From a virus (Duplodnaviria; Caudoviricetes), in IMG/VR virus record IMGVR_UViG_3300037458_001531, positions 1-36,389 of that record: DNA of 36,389 nucleotides; one strand, 5' to 3'. Shown here in pieces: positions 18,871 through 27,812 of this stretch. Under the pieces are notes generated by a model, which saw only the letters and a program-made list of their open reading frames with translations, had not been told where the DNA came from and did not search any database. The position numbers were made by a program, and so were the translations under genes. Within the stretch, counting starts at the first letter, position 1, and every line of letters starts with the position of its first letter.

Positions 18871-20408
18871 CTAGCAGGCGGCTTCGTCTCGGCAGACAAT
18901 TCTGCCGCGTAGTCCATCTCCCGCGCCCTCTTCTCCAGCAGAATGTCCATGTCCGCCTGGATCTCCTGCATGCCCTGCTTGTCGTCGTACTCCGAGGGCA
19001 GCATGTCGTTCTGCTTGAGCAGCTGCAGCCAGACAGAGCGCGGGATCTTGCCCGAGTCGTACCACTCGGTGGCCAGCCTCAGCCAGTCGGCGCCCAGTGG
19101 CGTCTGGTTGAAGTCCTCGGAGAGCGTGCATGACACCTCGGCGGCCGGAAACTCGGTGCCGTACCGCCAGGTCAGCATGAGGGAGATTACCTGCGACATA
19201 ACGGCGCCCACGCGCTCGTTCAGGGACCCCAGCTGGGCCGTCTGCGCCGCGTTGCGCAGGTGCAGGGCCACCCCGGACTGGTCCGTCTCCGGCGTGAGCA
19301 TACGGACGCCCAGCTTCGCTATCTCCTCTATCGAGGATGCGATCGCCCTGTCCATGTCCTGCAGCGCGGCGGTGGGGGTCTCCAGCACGCTGGCCTTCCC
19401 GTCCGGCGGCAGCTTCAGCCACGTGCCCAGCCCGCTCTCCACTATCTCGTCGAATTTCTCGTCAGTGATGTCGGCGCAGATGACCGGGGTATAGGTGGCC
19501 GCCCCGTACAGCAGGTGATTCCTGCGGCTCATCTTGTTGTACAGGGCCACCTCCTTGTTGATAATCGGCATGAGGGCGGGCTCCCTGGTGGCGATGCTGC
19601 CGTTCAGCGGCCAGGCCGGGATGTACGGCAGCGGCGCGCCCTCCATCAGCGGGACAACCGTCTCCTGCAGCACGAAGCCGGATTCTCCGGAGGCATTCTC
19701 CTCGGCCTGCGACTCGGGCTTCCTGTAGACCCTGACGCGGTACGCGCCCCCCGACACGTCGTGGACGCGGACGGTGTCCACGAACCGCGGGTGGAACTCG
19801 TCCGACGCTCGGTCCTCCACCAGCTCTCTCGTGACCACCATCCCGAGAACCAGCCTGCCGGTCATGTCCTTGTTGATCCGCCAGTTTATCACTTTCTCGG
19901 CTTTCCACACCACCGGATACGGCCTGTACTGCCTGCGCTCGTCCCGCGACAGATCCTCGTCCTCCACCTGGGGATAATCCACGTAGACCCAGGCCCTACT
20001 GGTCTGGATTTCCTCCCAGAGGGCCTCGTCCATGAACGCCGACAGGGTGCAGCCGTCCTGGCCGAATTCCTTGAGTATCCACTCGGAGGCGTCTTCCGGA
20101 ACTGACTCCGGCAGCGCGACCACCGGCGGCTTCCTGAGCAGCCCGCCCACCACCATCTTGGCGAACTCCGCCGTTATGCCCGGCAGCTCCGCCTCCGACC
20201 TGTACCAGTTGTACTGCGACTGGCTCATGGTCGGGGAGAACGGGGTCAGCAGATTGCTGAACGTGAACGAATCCAGGATCGCGTCCAGGCTCTTCACCGT
20301 CTGCTCCCCGGCGCACAGCGCTCTGGACCTCTTCCACAGCGGCACCCTGCGCTGGTACTCCACGCACGGCGTCGCGACGGTCTTCACAGCTCCGGGGGCG
20401 ACCGTCAT
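18867..20408 (-). CDS. Portal protein (DUF4055-like), 513 aa
   Basis: EY....PLW...RA...G...VK, W.YVDYP, YPVVWKAEKVINW, LPYIPAW motifs; position before MuF. Confidence 0.88.
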   Translation of the reverse strand: MTVAPGAVKTVATPCVEYQRRVPLWKRSRALCAGEQTVKSLDAILDSFTFSNLLTPFSPTMSQSQYNWYRSEAELPGITAEFAKMVVGGLLRKPPVVALPESVPEDASEWILKEFGQDGCTLSAFMDEALWEEIQTSRAWVYVDYPQVEDEDLSRDERRQYRPYPVVWKAEKVINWRINKDMTGRLVLGMVVTRELVEDRASDEFHPRFVDTVRVHDVSGGAYRVRVYRKPESQAEENASGESGFVLQETVVPLMEGAPLPYIPAWPLNGSIATREPALMPIINKEVALYNKMSRRNHLLYGAATYTPVICADITDEKFDEIVESGLGTWLKLPPDGKASVLETPTAALQDMDRAIASSIEEIAKLGVRMLTPETDQSGVALHLRNAAQTAQLGSLNERVGAVMSQVISLMLTWRYGTEFPAAEVSCTLSEDFNQTPLGADWLRLATEWYDSGKIPRSVWLQLLKQNDMLPSEYDDKQGMQEIQADMDILLEKRAREMDYAAELSAETKPPAR

Positions 20409-20409
20409 C

Positions 20410-20586
20410 TCAGGCCTTCATCAGCTCGTTGAACTCGGCGATTGTTCCCGAGAACGTCTCCTGGCCGCACGAGGCCACGATGCGTCCCTCCCCGGCCGGA
20501 CGGATGTCCCAGTCCGAGGGATTCCTGTTAGAGAACCGCATCGGCGCCTGCTCCGGCTCCCTGTCTTTCCTCACGTCTATCTTCAT
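20410..20586 (-). CDS. Small hypothetical protein, 58 aa (MKIDVRKDREPEQAPMRFSNRNPSDWDIRPAGEGRIVASCGQETFSGTIAEFNELMKA)
   Basis: Translated by hand; AAGGAG SD; fills the gap before the portal gene; below the ORF track length cutoff. Confidence 0.75.
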   Translation of the reverse strand: MKIDVRKDREPEQAPMRFSNRNPSDWDIRPAGEGRIVASCGQETFSGTIAEFNELMKA

Positions 20587-20598
20587 CTCAGCTCCTTG

Positions 20599-22722
20599 TC
20601 ACGTTACCACGAAATATCTGGCGCCAGCCACCCGCGCCGCGGAGGTCTGGAAGCCAGCGCCTGCGAAAAACTGCGCGGAGGCGTCCGATCCCGAGTAGGA
20701 CTCCCCGGCCTGCGCCGCACCCATCCCGTACGAGACAGACACCTCCGAGTGCAGAGAGGCCTGCAGAGACAGGCCGGCCCCGGCCCCGTGGGCGGAAGAG
20801 GCCGCGAGGACCGCCCCCGCCGAGTACAGATCAGCGGCGCCCGCGGCGTGATCCGACGCCGCGCTCGCCGCGGAGTCCGTCTGGGAGAAGAATCCCGCCC
20901 CCGCCCCCGCGGCCAGCGCGGCCGGGAGTGCGGAGGAGGCCTGATGCGAGTGCCCGGCACCGACACCGTGCCCCGACAGCACGGGATAGGACGCGGACGG
21001 CTGGAACAGCGCGCCGGCCCCCGCCGGGCTCAGGAGGGTTACAGGCAGGGAAAGATCGCCGATGCTGATGCCGCCGGCCCCGGCGCCGAAGGACACCGAC
21101 ACACCGTACGAAGACTGCGTCCCGAAGGAGACGGCCGCGCCGACCGACACGGCGTGCGCCGCTGTGGAGCCGGTGTCGCCGTCCCCCGAGTACCCCGCAC
21201 CCGCCGCCGCGGAGCACACCTCGTGGTACACGGCCGCGGTTCCGGCCGAGTAGCCGGCGCCGACTCGCCAGTCCTGAGACAGCTCCTGCGCCGCCGCGGA
21301 GGAGTCCGAGATCCCGGCGGACGAAGAATGGCTGCCCAGCAGGACGGCGACAGACAACGGATCGAACCCCGCGCCTGTCCGGCCCTCCGAGGACGCGACC
21401 AGGACGGAGGATCCCTGCGCAGTGCCCCCCGCCCCGGCCGCCGCGGACAGCGTCGCGGCCCGAACCACGTAGGAATCCGCCTGGAACCCTGCGCCCGAGG
21501 ACGAGGAAGCCTCCGCCAGCACGGACGCGACGGCGACCGCATAGGAAGAGACGCCCGCCCCGTGCTCGGAGGTTTCCTCCGACAGAGAATACAGCAAGAA
21601 CGCGGAGGATGCCCCGGCCTGGGCGCCCGTCTCGGACAGCAGTACCGCTGCGGCGGAGGCCGCGTCGGAGGCGCCCGAGGAGCCGCCCGCATCGGCCCGA
21701 AGGGCGGACTGCGCCGATACCGAGTCGGAGGCGCCGAGGGATTCCTGACCGGATGCCGCCGCGACCGACAGCGCGGCGACGATGTCCGAGGCCCCGGAAG
21801 ATTCCTCCGCGGAGACGGAGAGCGCGGCGGAGGCCTGCGCCTGGGCTCCCGCCCCGGCCGCGGGCGCGTGCGTCCTGTTCTGGTCCGCGACCGCCTTGAC
21901 GTCCAGGACCGCCCACGACACGCGGAGGTCCAGCGACGCGCTCGGTATCACCGTACCGTCTGTAGACCCGGAGGCCGCCGCGCCGCCCGCATGGGCCGCG
22001 CCCAGCACCAGCGAGCCGGCGGCAGAGCCGGCCGGCGCGCCCCCGCTGCTGTGGTCGCCCGACAGAACGGGCGCCGCCGGCCTCACCGCGACGGTTATGG
22101 CGACCCACTCGTCCGAGGCCGAGATGGTGAACGAATTGGGATTCTCGCTGGAGACCGCGTTGTCGCGCGTCGCCATGCCGAATCCGACGCCGTTTGTCGC
22201 GTTACTGACCGTCGTGGAATATTGATTATCCGCGTAACTGAGCGGCCACCCCGAGACTGTGCGGTTCGCGTCGCAGCCGAACGAGGCGATCCAGAGCGTG
22301 TCCTCTGTGACCCAGTTGGCCGGATCCAGCACGGGCGGATTGGGCGTGGTGCTGGTGCCGACGGCCACGTCGCCGACGACGGCGTCGGCCCAGGCGGATC
22401 CGCCGTACCACCCCGCCGCCGGGATCCGCGCGGTTCGGAATATCGCGGCCTCCGACGTGCCGGCGGTGACGTTGACCGTGGAGCCCTCGCTGCCGGTCGC
22501 CTTCTTCCCGTAGACTACGTGCAGGACCGCCGAGTTGTTCGTGCCGGCGATCAGGGTGTACTCGGTCGTCAGCGTCCCGGACAGCGCCGGATTGCCGTCG
22601 AACGTGCAGAACACCAGCAGCAGGTCGCCGGACGAGATCCCGGCGGGCAGCTGTATCGTGTGACTGGTACCGCTGGTCGCGTCGGTGCCGCTCGTGCTGG
22701 CGGCGATTGTAGGGAAGGCCAT
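20599..22722 (-). CDS. Putative virion fibre protein with ~20 imperfect 20-aa Ala/Ser/Gly repeats (707 aa)
   Basis: Start MAFPTIA overlaps the upstream stop (TGATG); N-terminal Thr-rich beta domain, then a periodic (S/A)GA(G/S) motif every 20 aa. Confidence 0.7.
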   Translation of the reverse strand: MAFPTIAASTSGTDATSGTSHTIQLPAGISSGDLLLVFCTFDGNPALSGTLTTEYTLIAGTNNSAVLHVVYGKKATGSEGSTVNVTAGTSEAAIFRTARIPAAGWYGGSAWADAVVGDVAVGTSTTPNPPVLDPANWVTEDTLWIASFGCDANRTVSGWPLSYADNQYSTTVSNATNGVGFGMATRDNAVSSENPNSFTISASDEWVAITVAVRPAAPVLSGDHSSGGAPAGSAAGSLVLGAAHAGGAAASGSTDGTVIPSASLDLRVSWAVLDVKAVADQNRTHAPAAGAGAQAQASAALSVSAEESSGASDIVAALSVAAASGQESLGASDSVSAQSALRADAGGSSGASDAASAAAVLLSETGAQAGASSAFLLYSLSEETSEHGAGVSSYAVAVASVLAEASSSSGAGFQADSYVVRAATLSAAAGAGGTAQGSSVLVASSEGRTGAGFDPLSVAVLLGSHSSSAGISDSSAAAQELSQDWRVGAGYSAGTAAVYHEVCSAAAGAGYSGDGDTGSTAAHAVSVGAAVSFGTQSSYGVSVSFGAGAGGISIGDLSLPVTLLSPAGAGALFQPSASYPVLSGHGVGAGHSHQASSALPAALAAGAGAGFFSQTDSAASAASDHAAGAADLYSAGAVLAASSAHGAGAGLSLQASLHSEVSVSYGMGAAQAGESYSGSDASAQFFAGAGFQTSAARVAGARYFVVT

Positions 22723-23339
22723 CAGACGCTCGCCACGAATTCCAGGTCCAGCGCGGTGTAGTCCGAGATCGCGTCGCGCTGCTCGCCGGTCAGCTCCAGC
22801 ACGCGCACGTCGTCGGCCGCGAGATCGGCGATGACCCACTCGGCGATCTGCGCGGCGCCGGAGTGCAGGCGCACGGTCAAAGTGCCGCTCGGCGTGTAGC
22901 CTGCCGGCGAGGCGACGGCGATCGCGTGCAGTGTGGGGCCGGGATCGTCGAGCTGCGTCAGCGCGACGCGCGCGGTGGCGGCGCCGGTGGCGCGGATGTA
23001 GCTCGCGTCGTCGCGGGCGTGCTCGTCCAGCGCCTCGTACAGCGACGCCTCCGTAGACGTCCAGCCGGAATTGGAGTCGTCGGCGACCGGGCGCCCGAAG
23101 CGGGCGTGCAGGGCGGACGACGCGGAGCCGGCGGTCGCCGGAACGACATCCGCGCCGAATAACGCGAGCGACGGCACCATAGCAACAGACGCAATGACCT
23201 GTGAGTCATGCGATCCGGTAAGTATTGCGCCGCCGCTGTCTGTCTCGTTAAAAAATGGGCCGCCCGGGACCTGGAATTCCAGCCCGCTCTGCCCATCGTC
23301 GATGAACGGGCCGCCTGGAATCTGGTACTGGAGCCCCAT
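22722..23339 (-). CDS. Putative virion structural protein (~205 aa)
   Basis: Probable start MGLQY just after the upstream stop; duplicated GL.(Y/F)Q.PGGPF motif; C-terminal beta-sandwich-like part ending AISDYTALDLEF. Confidence 0.65.
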   Translation of the reverse strand: MGLQYQIPGGPFIDDGQSGLEFQVPGGPFFNETDSGGAILTGSHDSQVIASVAMVPSLALFGADVVPATAGSASSALHARFGRPVADDSNSGWTSTEASLYEALDEHARDDASYIRATGAATARVALTQLDDPGPTLHAIAVASPAGYTPSGTLTVRLHSGAAQIAEWVIADLAADDVRVLELTGEQRDAISDYTALDLEFVASV

Positions 23340-23346
23340 CTCGGCA

Positions 23347-24930
23347 TCAACTGACAATCAATTGAGGGTTGGCGTATACGGTCTTGCTTGCCTTGAACAG
23401 CCGCAACCGGCCGACGAACGGACCGATCTCCTGCGGCGTGAACGTCACCGACACTTTCTGCTTATTCGGATTGCTTATTCCGGTCGTCGTCCACGTCGCA
23501 CCGCTTGAGGGCAGGTCCGAGCCGAGCGCAGGATAATCCGGTGCGCTAGAATACCAGCGGCCGTACGGAGTGCCAGATGTCGTCAGCGCGATGACCTCTA
23601 GCACGAGATCGCTCGCTTTCAAAGCGGTAGCGGAGTCGTGCAGCAGCTCGACAGTAACCGTAACCGACGAGCCGACCGCCGTATTGAACGGCGAAACCAA
23701 TTCGCCGGAATTCAGCGAAGTTGCCGGAAACGACGCTGCGGAGTTGGAGGCCAACGCCCACGAGATCGGCGTGACGCCGTTCGAAGCGCCGCCGGTCATG
23801 ACCCGCGTCGTCTCGCTGACCACGGAACCGACGCCGGTATGCCGCGCCTTTCGGTACTGCGTGTCAGCGGAGTCGCAGTTGTCCATGTCAACAATCACTT
23901 CCGGTCCCGTGACGGAAGTAACGACGCCGGCCAGAGAGGCGTTCAGCTTGCACGACCTGAACAGTATCCGCGCAGTTCCCGTTGTGTTTATTCCGCTGAC
24001 CAAATAGCAGCCCGATCCGAGTCCCGTCAGGTCGTACCCGTCCGCGACACAGACAGCCCCGTTCACGTTGGGGGCGAACAGGCTCACAGGCACGTCGGAC
24101 AAGGCGTGAAACAGCGGCAGGGCCGAGAAAGAGCGCAGCGTCAGAGACTGCGACTGCACCGAGAAGGCGTAATTGCCGAATGACGAGAAATAGAACTGGA
24201 CATCCTCAAGGATTACGTCATGCCTGTCGTCGCGGCCAGCCGCGCCCACCGAGCATTGGACGCCCGTCCCGGTCGCGGTGTTCCTGATGAGCGAGCGCCG
24301 AATGGTGGTTCCCTCATTGGCCGCCGCCTGCGCGACCGAGAGGTTGTAATTCGCGTTCTGCGCGTTGCCGAACTCGTAGTCGATCCCGTCGATGAACAGC
24401 GCCCCCTGAATCGACGCCGACCCGCTGTAGGTGGTTGTCACCTTCGCCCCTTCGGCAAAGGCCGTCGGCGGCGCGGCCGAGTCGTCAACGGAAATGGCCT
24501 TGACTGGATTGGTTGCGGTGCTCGGACCTACGAGCGCAAGCTGCACCGCGGTGCTCTCGTTGTGCGAGCTAGATACCCACACGTTATCGCCAGCCGCCAG
24601 CATGCCTGACGATCCGCACACGTACATCATGATCGGCGTGGCAAATGTCCAGTCCGCCGTCGTGCCGCTGCTGAATCCCGGCTGCCGCGCCCTGAAGACC
24701 GCGGTTCCGCTCGTCACCGTCGTTGAGTCCTTCGTGACGGAGGCGGGCCATGTCGGATTGCCCGCCGCGGTCGTTCCTGCGGTTGTGCACTCCCAAACCC
24801 ACCGTCTCGCGATGCCGTAGTTCGTGCCGGTGTCACCCGTGGCCGGCACGATCCGCTGCCCGGTCGAGTACGCGGTCGAGGCGGCGAATTGCGTGACGCC
24901 GCTGCCAGACTTCACGTAGTAGTCGGCCAT
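23347..24930 (-). CDS. Putative receptor-binding/fibre protein, 527 aa
   Basis: Thr/Ser/Gly-rich; N-terminal AYSTGQRIVP...WECTTAGTT...PTWP...TVTSGTAVF module typical of phage fibres; beta-helix-like middle region. Confidence 0.65.
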   Translation of the reverse strand: MADYYVKSGSGVTQFAASTAYSTGQRIVPATGDTGTNYGIARRWVWECTTAGTTAAGNPTWPASVTKDSTTVTSGTAVFRARQPGFSSGTTADWTFATPIMMYVCGSSGMLAAGDNVWVSSSHNESTAVQLALVGPSTATNPVKAISVDDSAAPPTAFAEGAKVTTTYSGSASIQGALFIDGIDYEFGNAQNANYNLSVAQAAANEGTTIRRSLIRNTATGTGVQCSVGAAGRDDRHDVILEDVQFYFSSFGNYAFSVQSQSLTLRSFSALPLFHALSDVPVSLFAPNVNGAVCVADGYDLTGLGSGCYLVSGINTTGTARILFRSCKLNASLAGVVTSVTGPEVIVDMDNCDSADTQYRKARHTGVGSVVSETTRVMTGGASNGVTPISWALASNSAASFPATSLNSGELVSPFNTAVGSSVTVTVELLHDSATALKASDLVLEVIALTTSGTPYGRWYSSAPDYPALGSDLPSSGATWTTTGISNPNKQKVSVTFTPQEIGPFVGRLRLFKASKTVYANPQLIVS

Positions 24931-25436
24931 CAGACCGACTCCTCGACCAGCATCGCCGCGTACCTATCGTGCGCCGGGGCGATGCGAGAAGACACGAGCG
25001 CGTTCCATTGCGTGGTATTTAGACTTTTGCCAAAGTGAAGGTTATAGCTGGCGCGCACGGCGTCGCTGGTCAGCCAGCCGTGGAGCACTTCCTCGTACAG
25101 CCACCACAGAAGCCGGGCGTACACCAGCTTGTCGCCGCTCCACGTTGCATCGACGGCGCCCCAAAATGCGTCGGCGAACTCGGCGTTGGTCTGATGCTGC
25201 AGCGAGATCGGGCCGGGATCGGAGTAGATCGTCCTGCGCTGCTCATCGCGCTTTAGCGCGTTGTTCAGATAGGGCACCCGCGCCTCCATGGCCGCGGAAT
25301 GGTCCGCCTCGGCCGCGGCCAAGTATCGATGCTCGATCGCACCTCCGGTCGTCAGCGCGTGCGTCTCAAGTACGTACACCCGGCCGTCTGATTGGGTGTG
25401 CGGGTCAACAGACAGCACACTTGAGGCTACCGGCAT
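24930..25436 (-). CDS. Hypothetical protein, 168 aa
   Basis: Coupled to the downstream gene (TGATG); protein-like composition. Confidence 0.7.
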   Translation of the reverse strand: MPVASSVLSVDPHTQSDGRVYVLETHALTTGGAIEHRYLAAAEADHSAAMEARVPYLNNALKRDEQRRTIYSDPGPISLQHQTNAEFADAFWGAVDATWSGDKLVYARLLWWLYEEVLHGWLTSDAVRASYNLHFGKSLNTTQWNALVSSRIAPAHDRYAAMLVEESV

Positions 25437-25451
25437 ATTCGGCCCCCGATG

Positions 25452-26063
25452 TCAGCCCACGTCCAGAGACAGCGACACGCTAACATTGAGCTGGTCGCCG
25501 TCGCCGGAGATCACCTTGTCGGACGAAAACGCCGCGACGGAGTAGATCAGGCCCGTCGTCGCGTACCGGGTGCCCGCCGAGGCCACGAAGCTGCCCTTCA
25601 GCGTGCCGGCCTCCGTGAAGACGAAGTTGACGGCGGAGGAGGAGTCCAGCACCACGGGATCGGCGTTCGTGGGCTCCCCGAACGAGACCGTGCCGCGGGC
25701 GGTGCCGGCCGGGGTGTCGTAGTTGGGAGCCTGCGACGCCCCGGCCTCGCGCCAGCCGTTGCTGCCGGCGATCTGCGCCGCGGTGTCGGTCTTGGCTATC
25801 GCCGTGTAGCTCACCGACGATATCAGGCCTATATACCACGTGGTCACCTGCGTCGCGCCGTCGAAGCCGACGTCCAGCAGGTGCTGGCCGCCCTCCTGCG
25901 TGACGAGGTTCCCGACGGTCCAGTCGTCCAGCAGGATCCCCCGCCTGTCGAGGTGCTTGAAGCGGAAGGAGAAGTGCGGCGCGCGGGCGCGTCCCGGGGC
26001 GCGATGCCTTTCGGCCAGTACTAGGCCCGCCCTCGCGGTCATGCCCGCTCTGAGCTTTCTCAT
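25452..26063 (-). CDS. Virion structural protein, paralog B of a tandem pair
   Basis: NLVTQEG..HLLDVGF...TQVTTWYIGLIS and DQLNVSVSLSL; clearly similar to 26074..26691. Confidence 0.75.
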   Translation of the reverse strand: MRKLRAGMTARAGLVLAERHRAPGRARAPHFSFRFKHLDRRGILLDDWTVGNLVTQEGGQHLLDVGFDGATQVTTWYIGLISSVSYTAIAKTDTAAQIAGSNGWREAGASQAPNYDTPAGTARGTVSFGEPTNADPVVLDSSSAVNFVFTEAGTLKGSFVASAGTRYATTGLIYSVAAFSSDKVISGDGDQLNVSVSLSLDVG

Positions 26064-26073
26064 GCGCACCCCG

Positions 26074-26691
26074 TCACGGCGTGTAGACCAGATCGAGGGA
26101 CACGGTGACCGTGACCTTCAGCTGGTCGTTGTCCACCACGGCCTTGTCTCCCGAGAACAGCGCGGCGGAATAGAGCGGTGCGGTCGTGGAGAGCCGGGTC
26201 GCCCCGGCCGCGATGAATGCGCCCTTCACGGTCCCGGTGTTGGAGAACGTGATGTCCACGGTGGCGGACGACGACAGGCTGACGGGGTCAGTGCCGGTCG
26301 GCTCCGCGAACGAGATCTGCGCCCGATCGGTGCCCGCCGGCGTGTCGTAGTTCGGCGCGTACGTGGCGGAGCACTCGGCCCAGCCGTTCCCCGCGGCCGA
26401 CAGGCTCGCCGCCGTGTTGCCGATGGCGGGAGGGGTCGTGTAGGAGGCCGAGGAGATCAGCCCCAGGTACCACGACGTGATCTGCGTCGCGGCGTCGAAG
26501 TACACGTCGAGCAGAGAGTAGGCCCCCTCCGTGGTTACGATGTTCTCGGCGGACCATCGGTCTATCTCCAGCCCGCCGCGCAGGTGCACGAACTCGTAGC
26601 GGAACCTGGGCACCGCGCTGAACGCGCCGCTCCCGGCTCCGCGGACCGCCCGCGCCTCGGCGGTCATGCCGATCTTTCCGTTGTCTTTCAA
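26074..26691 (-). CDS. Virion structural protein, paralog A of a tandem pair (205 aa)
   Basis: TTG start with GGGAG SD; NIVTTEG..SLLDVYF...TQITSWYLGLIS; shares APNYDTPAGT with paralog B. Confidence 0.75.
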   Translation of the reverse strand: MKDNGKIGMTAEARAVRGAGSGAFSAVPRFRYEFVHLRGGLEIDRWSAENIVTTEGAYSLLDVYFDAATQITSWYLGLISSASYTTPPAIGNTAASLSAAGNGWAECSATYAPNYDTPAGTDRAQISFAEPTGTDPVSLSSSATVDITFSNTGTVKGAFIAAGATRLSTTAPLYSAALFSGDKAVVDNDQLKVTVTVSLDLVYTP

Positions 26692-26713
26692 TTCTAGCTC
26701 CCGGTTGTTGTAG

Positions 26714-26887
26714 CTAACGCGATTTCTCGCCGCACTGCTGGACCCTGATCTCCAGCTCCACGATTCTGTCTGCCATGCGCAGACACCACCTCTGCATGGC
26801 GGCTATCTCCCGCCTCATAAGAGCGTTCTCCCCGGACAGTGCCGAGATTCTCTCGCGCAGCAGGGGCTCGTCGTCCCGCCCCGTCAT
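26714..26887 (-). CDS. Small coiled-coil protein, 57 aa (MTGRDDEPLLRERISALSGENALMRREIAAMQRWCLRMADRIVELEIRVQQCGEKSR)
   Basis: Translated by hand; ATGA overlap with the upstream gene; heptad pattern. Confidence 0.6.
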   Translation of the reverse strand: MTGRDDEPLLRERISALSGENALMRREIAAMQRWCLRMADRIVELEIRVQQCGEKSR

Positions 26888-27117
26888 CCGGGATCCCCGG
26901 GCGCCAGCTCCCGCGTCTCCGCGGAGGCGACCACGTCGCAGTGCACCACCCTGCCCACCGTCTTGATCACCGCGACCATCGGGCCGCGCTCGTCTACCTG
27001 AAAGATCTCCAGGGAAGTGATCCCGCGGATCTCCTCCCCGGTCTCCGCGTCCGTAACCACCGTGCGGGCGCCGGCCGGACGCTCCTCGTGGACCACCCGG
27101 ACGCGGCGCACCGCCAT
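26884..27117 (-). CDS. Hypothetical protein, 77 aa (MAVRRVRVVHEE...)
   Basis: TGATG coupling to the upstream gene; beta-rich; the longer ORF-track start overlaps the neighbouring gene. Confidence 0.65.
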   Translation of the reverse strand: MAVRRVRVVHEERPAGARTVVTDAETGEEIRGITSLEIFQVDERGPMVAVIKTVGRVVHCDVVASAETRELAPGDPG

Positions 27118-27518
27118 CAGTCGCCCCAGGGCCGGCTCTTGCCGCGCTGCCTGTTGGTCTCGGCCGCCGTGACCCTGGCGTCGAGCCACTGCACGCCCTT
27201 CCGCAGGATCTGGTTGACCCCGGCGAACGTGTGGTGCTCGGTCAGCACGGCCGGCTGCCCGTTCCAGCTCCACTCGATCGAGTAGGGGCACCTGGCCCCG
27301 CAGGTCTCGGGGTTCTGGCGGCGGCTGGCGTAATCCAGCGTCTCGAAGCCCGAGCGCTCAAGGGCCCGCGCCTGCGCCTCGGTCATGCCGAAGAACTGGC
27401 TCTGCTGGCAGTACACCTTGGAGCCCTGGTAAAGCACGCACAGCTGCGTGTTCACGTCGACGGCCAGGGCGGGCCCCGAAAGCAGCGCCGCGAGCAGCAG
27501 CGCGAAAATCCTCTTCAT
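27117..27518 (-). CDS. Secreted/periplasmic protein with Sec signal peptide, 133 aa
   Basis: MKRIFALLLAALLSGPALA-V: basic N-region, hydrophobic core, A-x-A cleavage site; four Cys; AAAGGAG SD. Confidence 0.75.
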   Translation of the reverse strand: MKRIFALLLAALLSGPALAVDVNTQLCVLYQGSKVYCQQSQFFGMTEAQARALERSGFETLDYASRRQNPETCGARCPYSIEWSWNGQPAVLTEHHTFAGVNQILRKGVQWLDARVTAAETNRQRGKSRPWGD

Positions 27519-27754
27519 TTCTGCTCCTTTATCAGTGGGTTCTCGGGGAGCCTGAGCCCCCTCGCGCCCCCGCCCATCATTCCCGCGAGCTTGGACTCGA
27601 GGACGGCCTGGGTGGGGTCTAGATCGTTCATTCCCTTGAGCTGCATCGCCAGGGCCGCCAGCTGCAGCACCTGCGTGGCCTGCTGGTTCGCCACGGCGTT
27701 AAGGGCCATGAGGTCCCGGACGAATTTGTCCGTGTCGCTTGATTCTACGGGCAT
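27515..27754 (-). CDS. Small Ala/Gln/Leu-rich protein, possible Reb-like paralog (79 aa)
   Basis: NAVANQQ and LDPTQAV motifs parallel DAVAHQR and VDATEAV in the upstream 105-aa protein; GGAGG SD. Confidence 0.55.
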   Translation of the reverse strand: MPVESSDTDKFVRDLMALNAVANQQATQVLQLAALAMQLKGMNDLDPTQAVLESKLAGMMGGGARGLRLPENPLIKEQK

Positions 27755-27778
27755 CTCTCAGCCTCCCGGCGCGGGCGC

Positions 27779-27806
27779 GGCGGGGCCCCGCGGAGGCGGC
27801 CCCGCC
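27779..27806 (-). terminator. GC-rich hairpin between the two Reb-like genes
   Basis: GGCGGGGCC / GGCCCCGCC 9-bp inverted repeat 6 nt after the stop; no U-tract. Confidence 0.5.
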
Positions 27807-27812
27807 ACTCCG

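Noticed and set aside
20032-22761. 909-aa plus-strand ORF
   Set aside because: Arg/Gly-rich shadow antisense to the fibre gene; expected in high-GC DNA; no motifs
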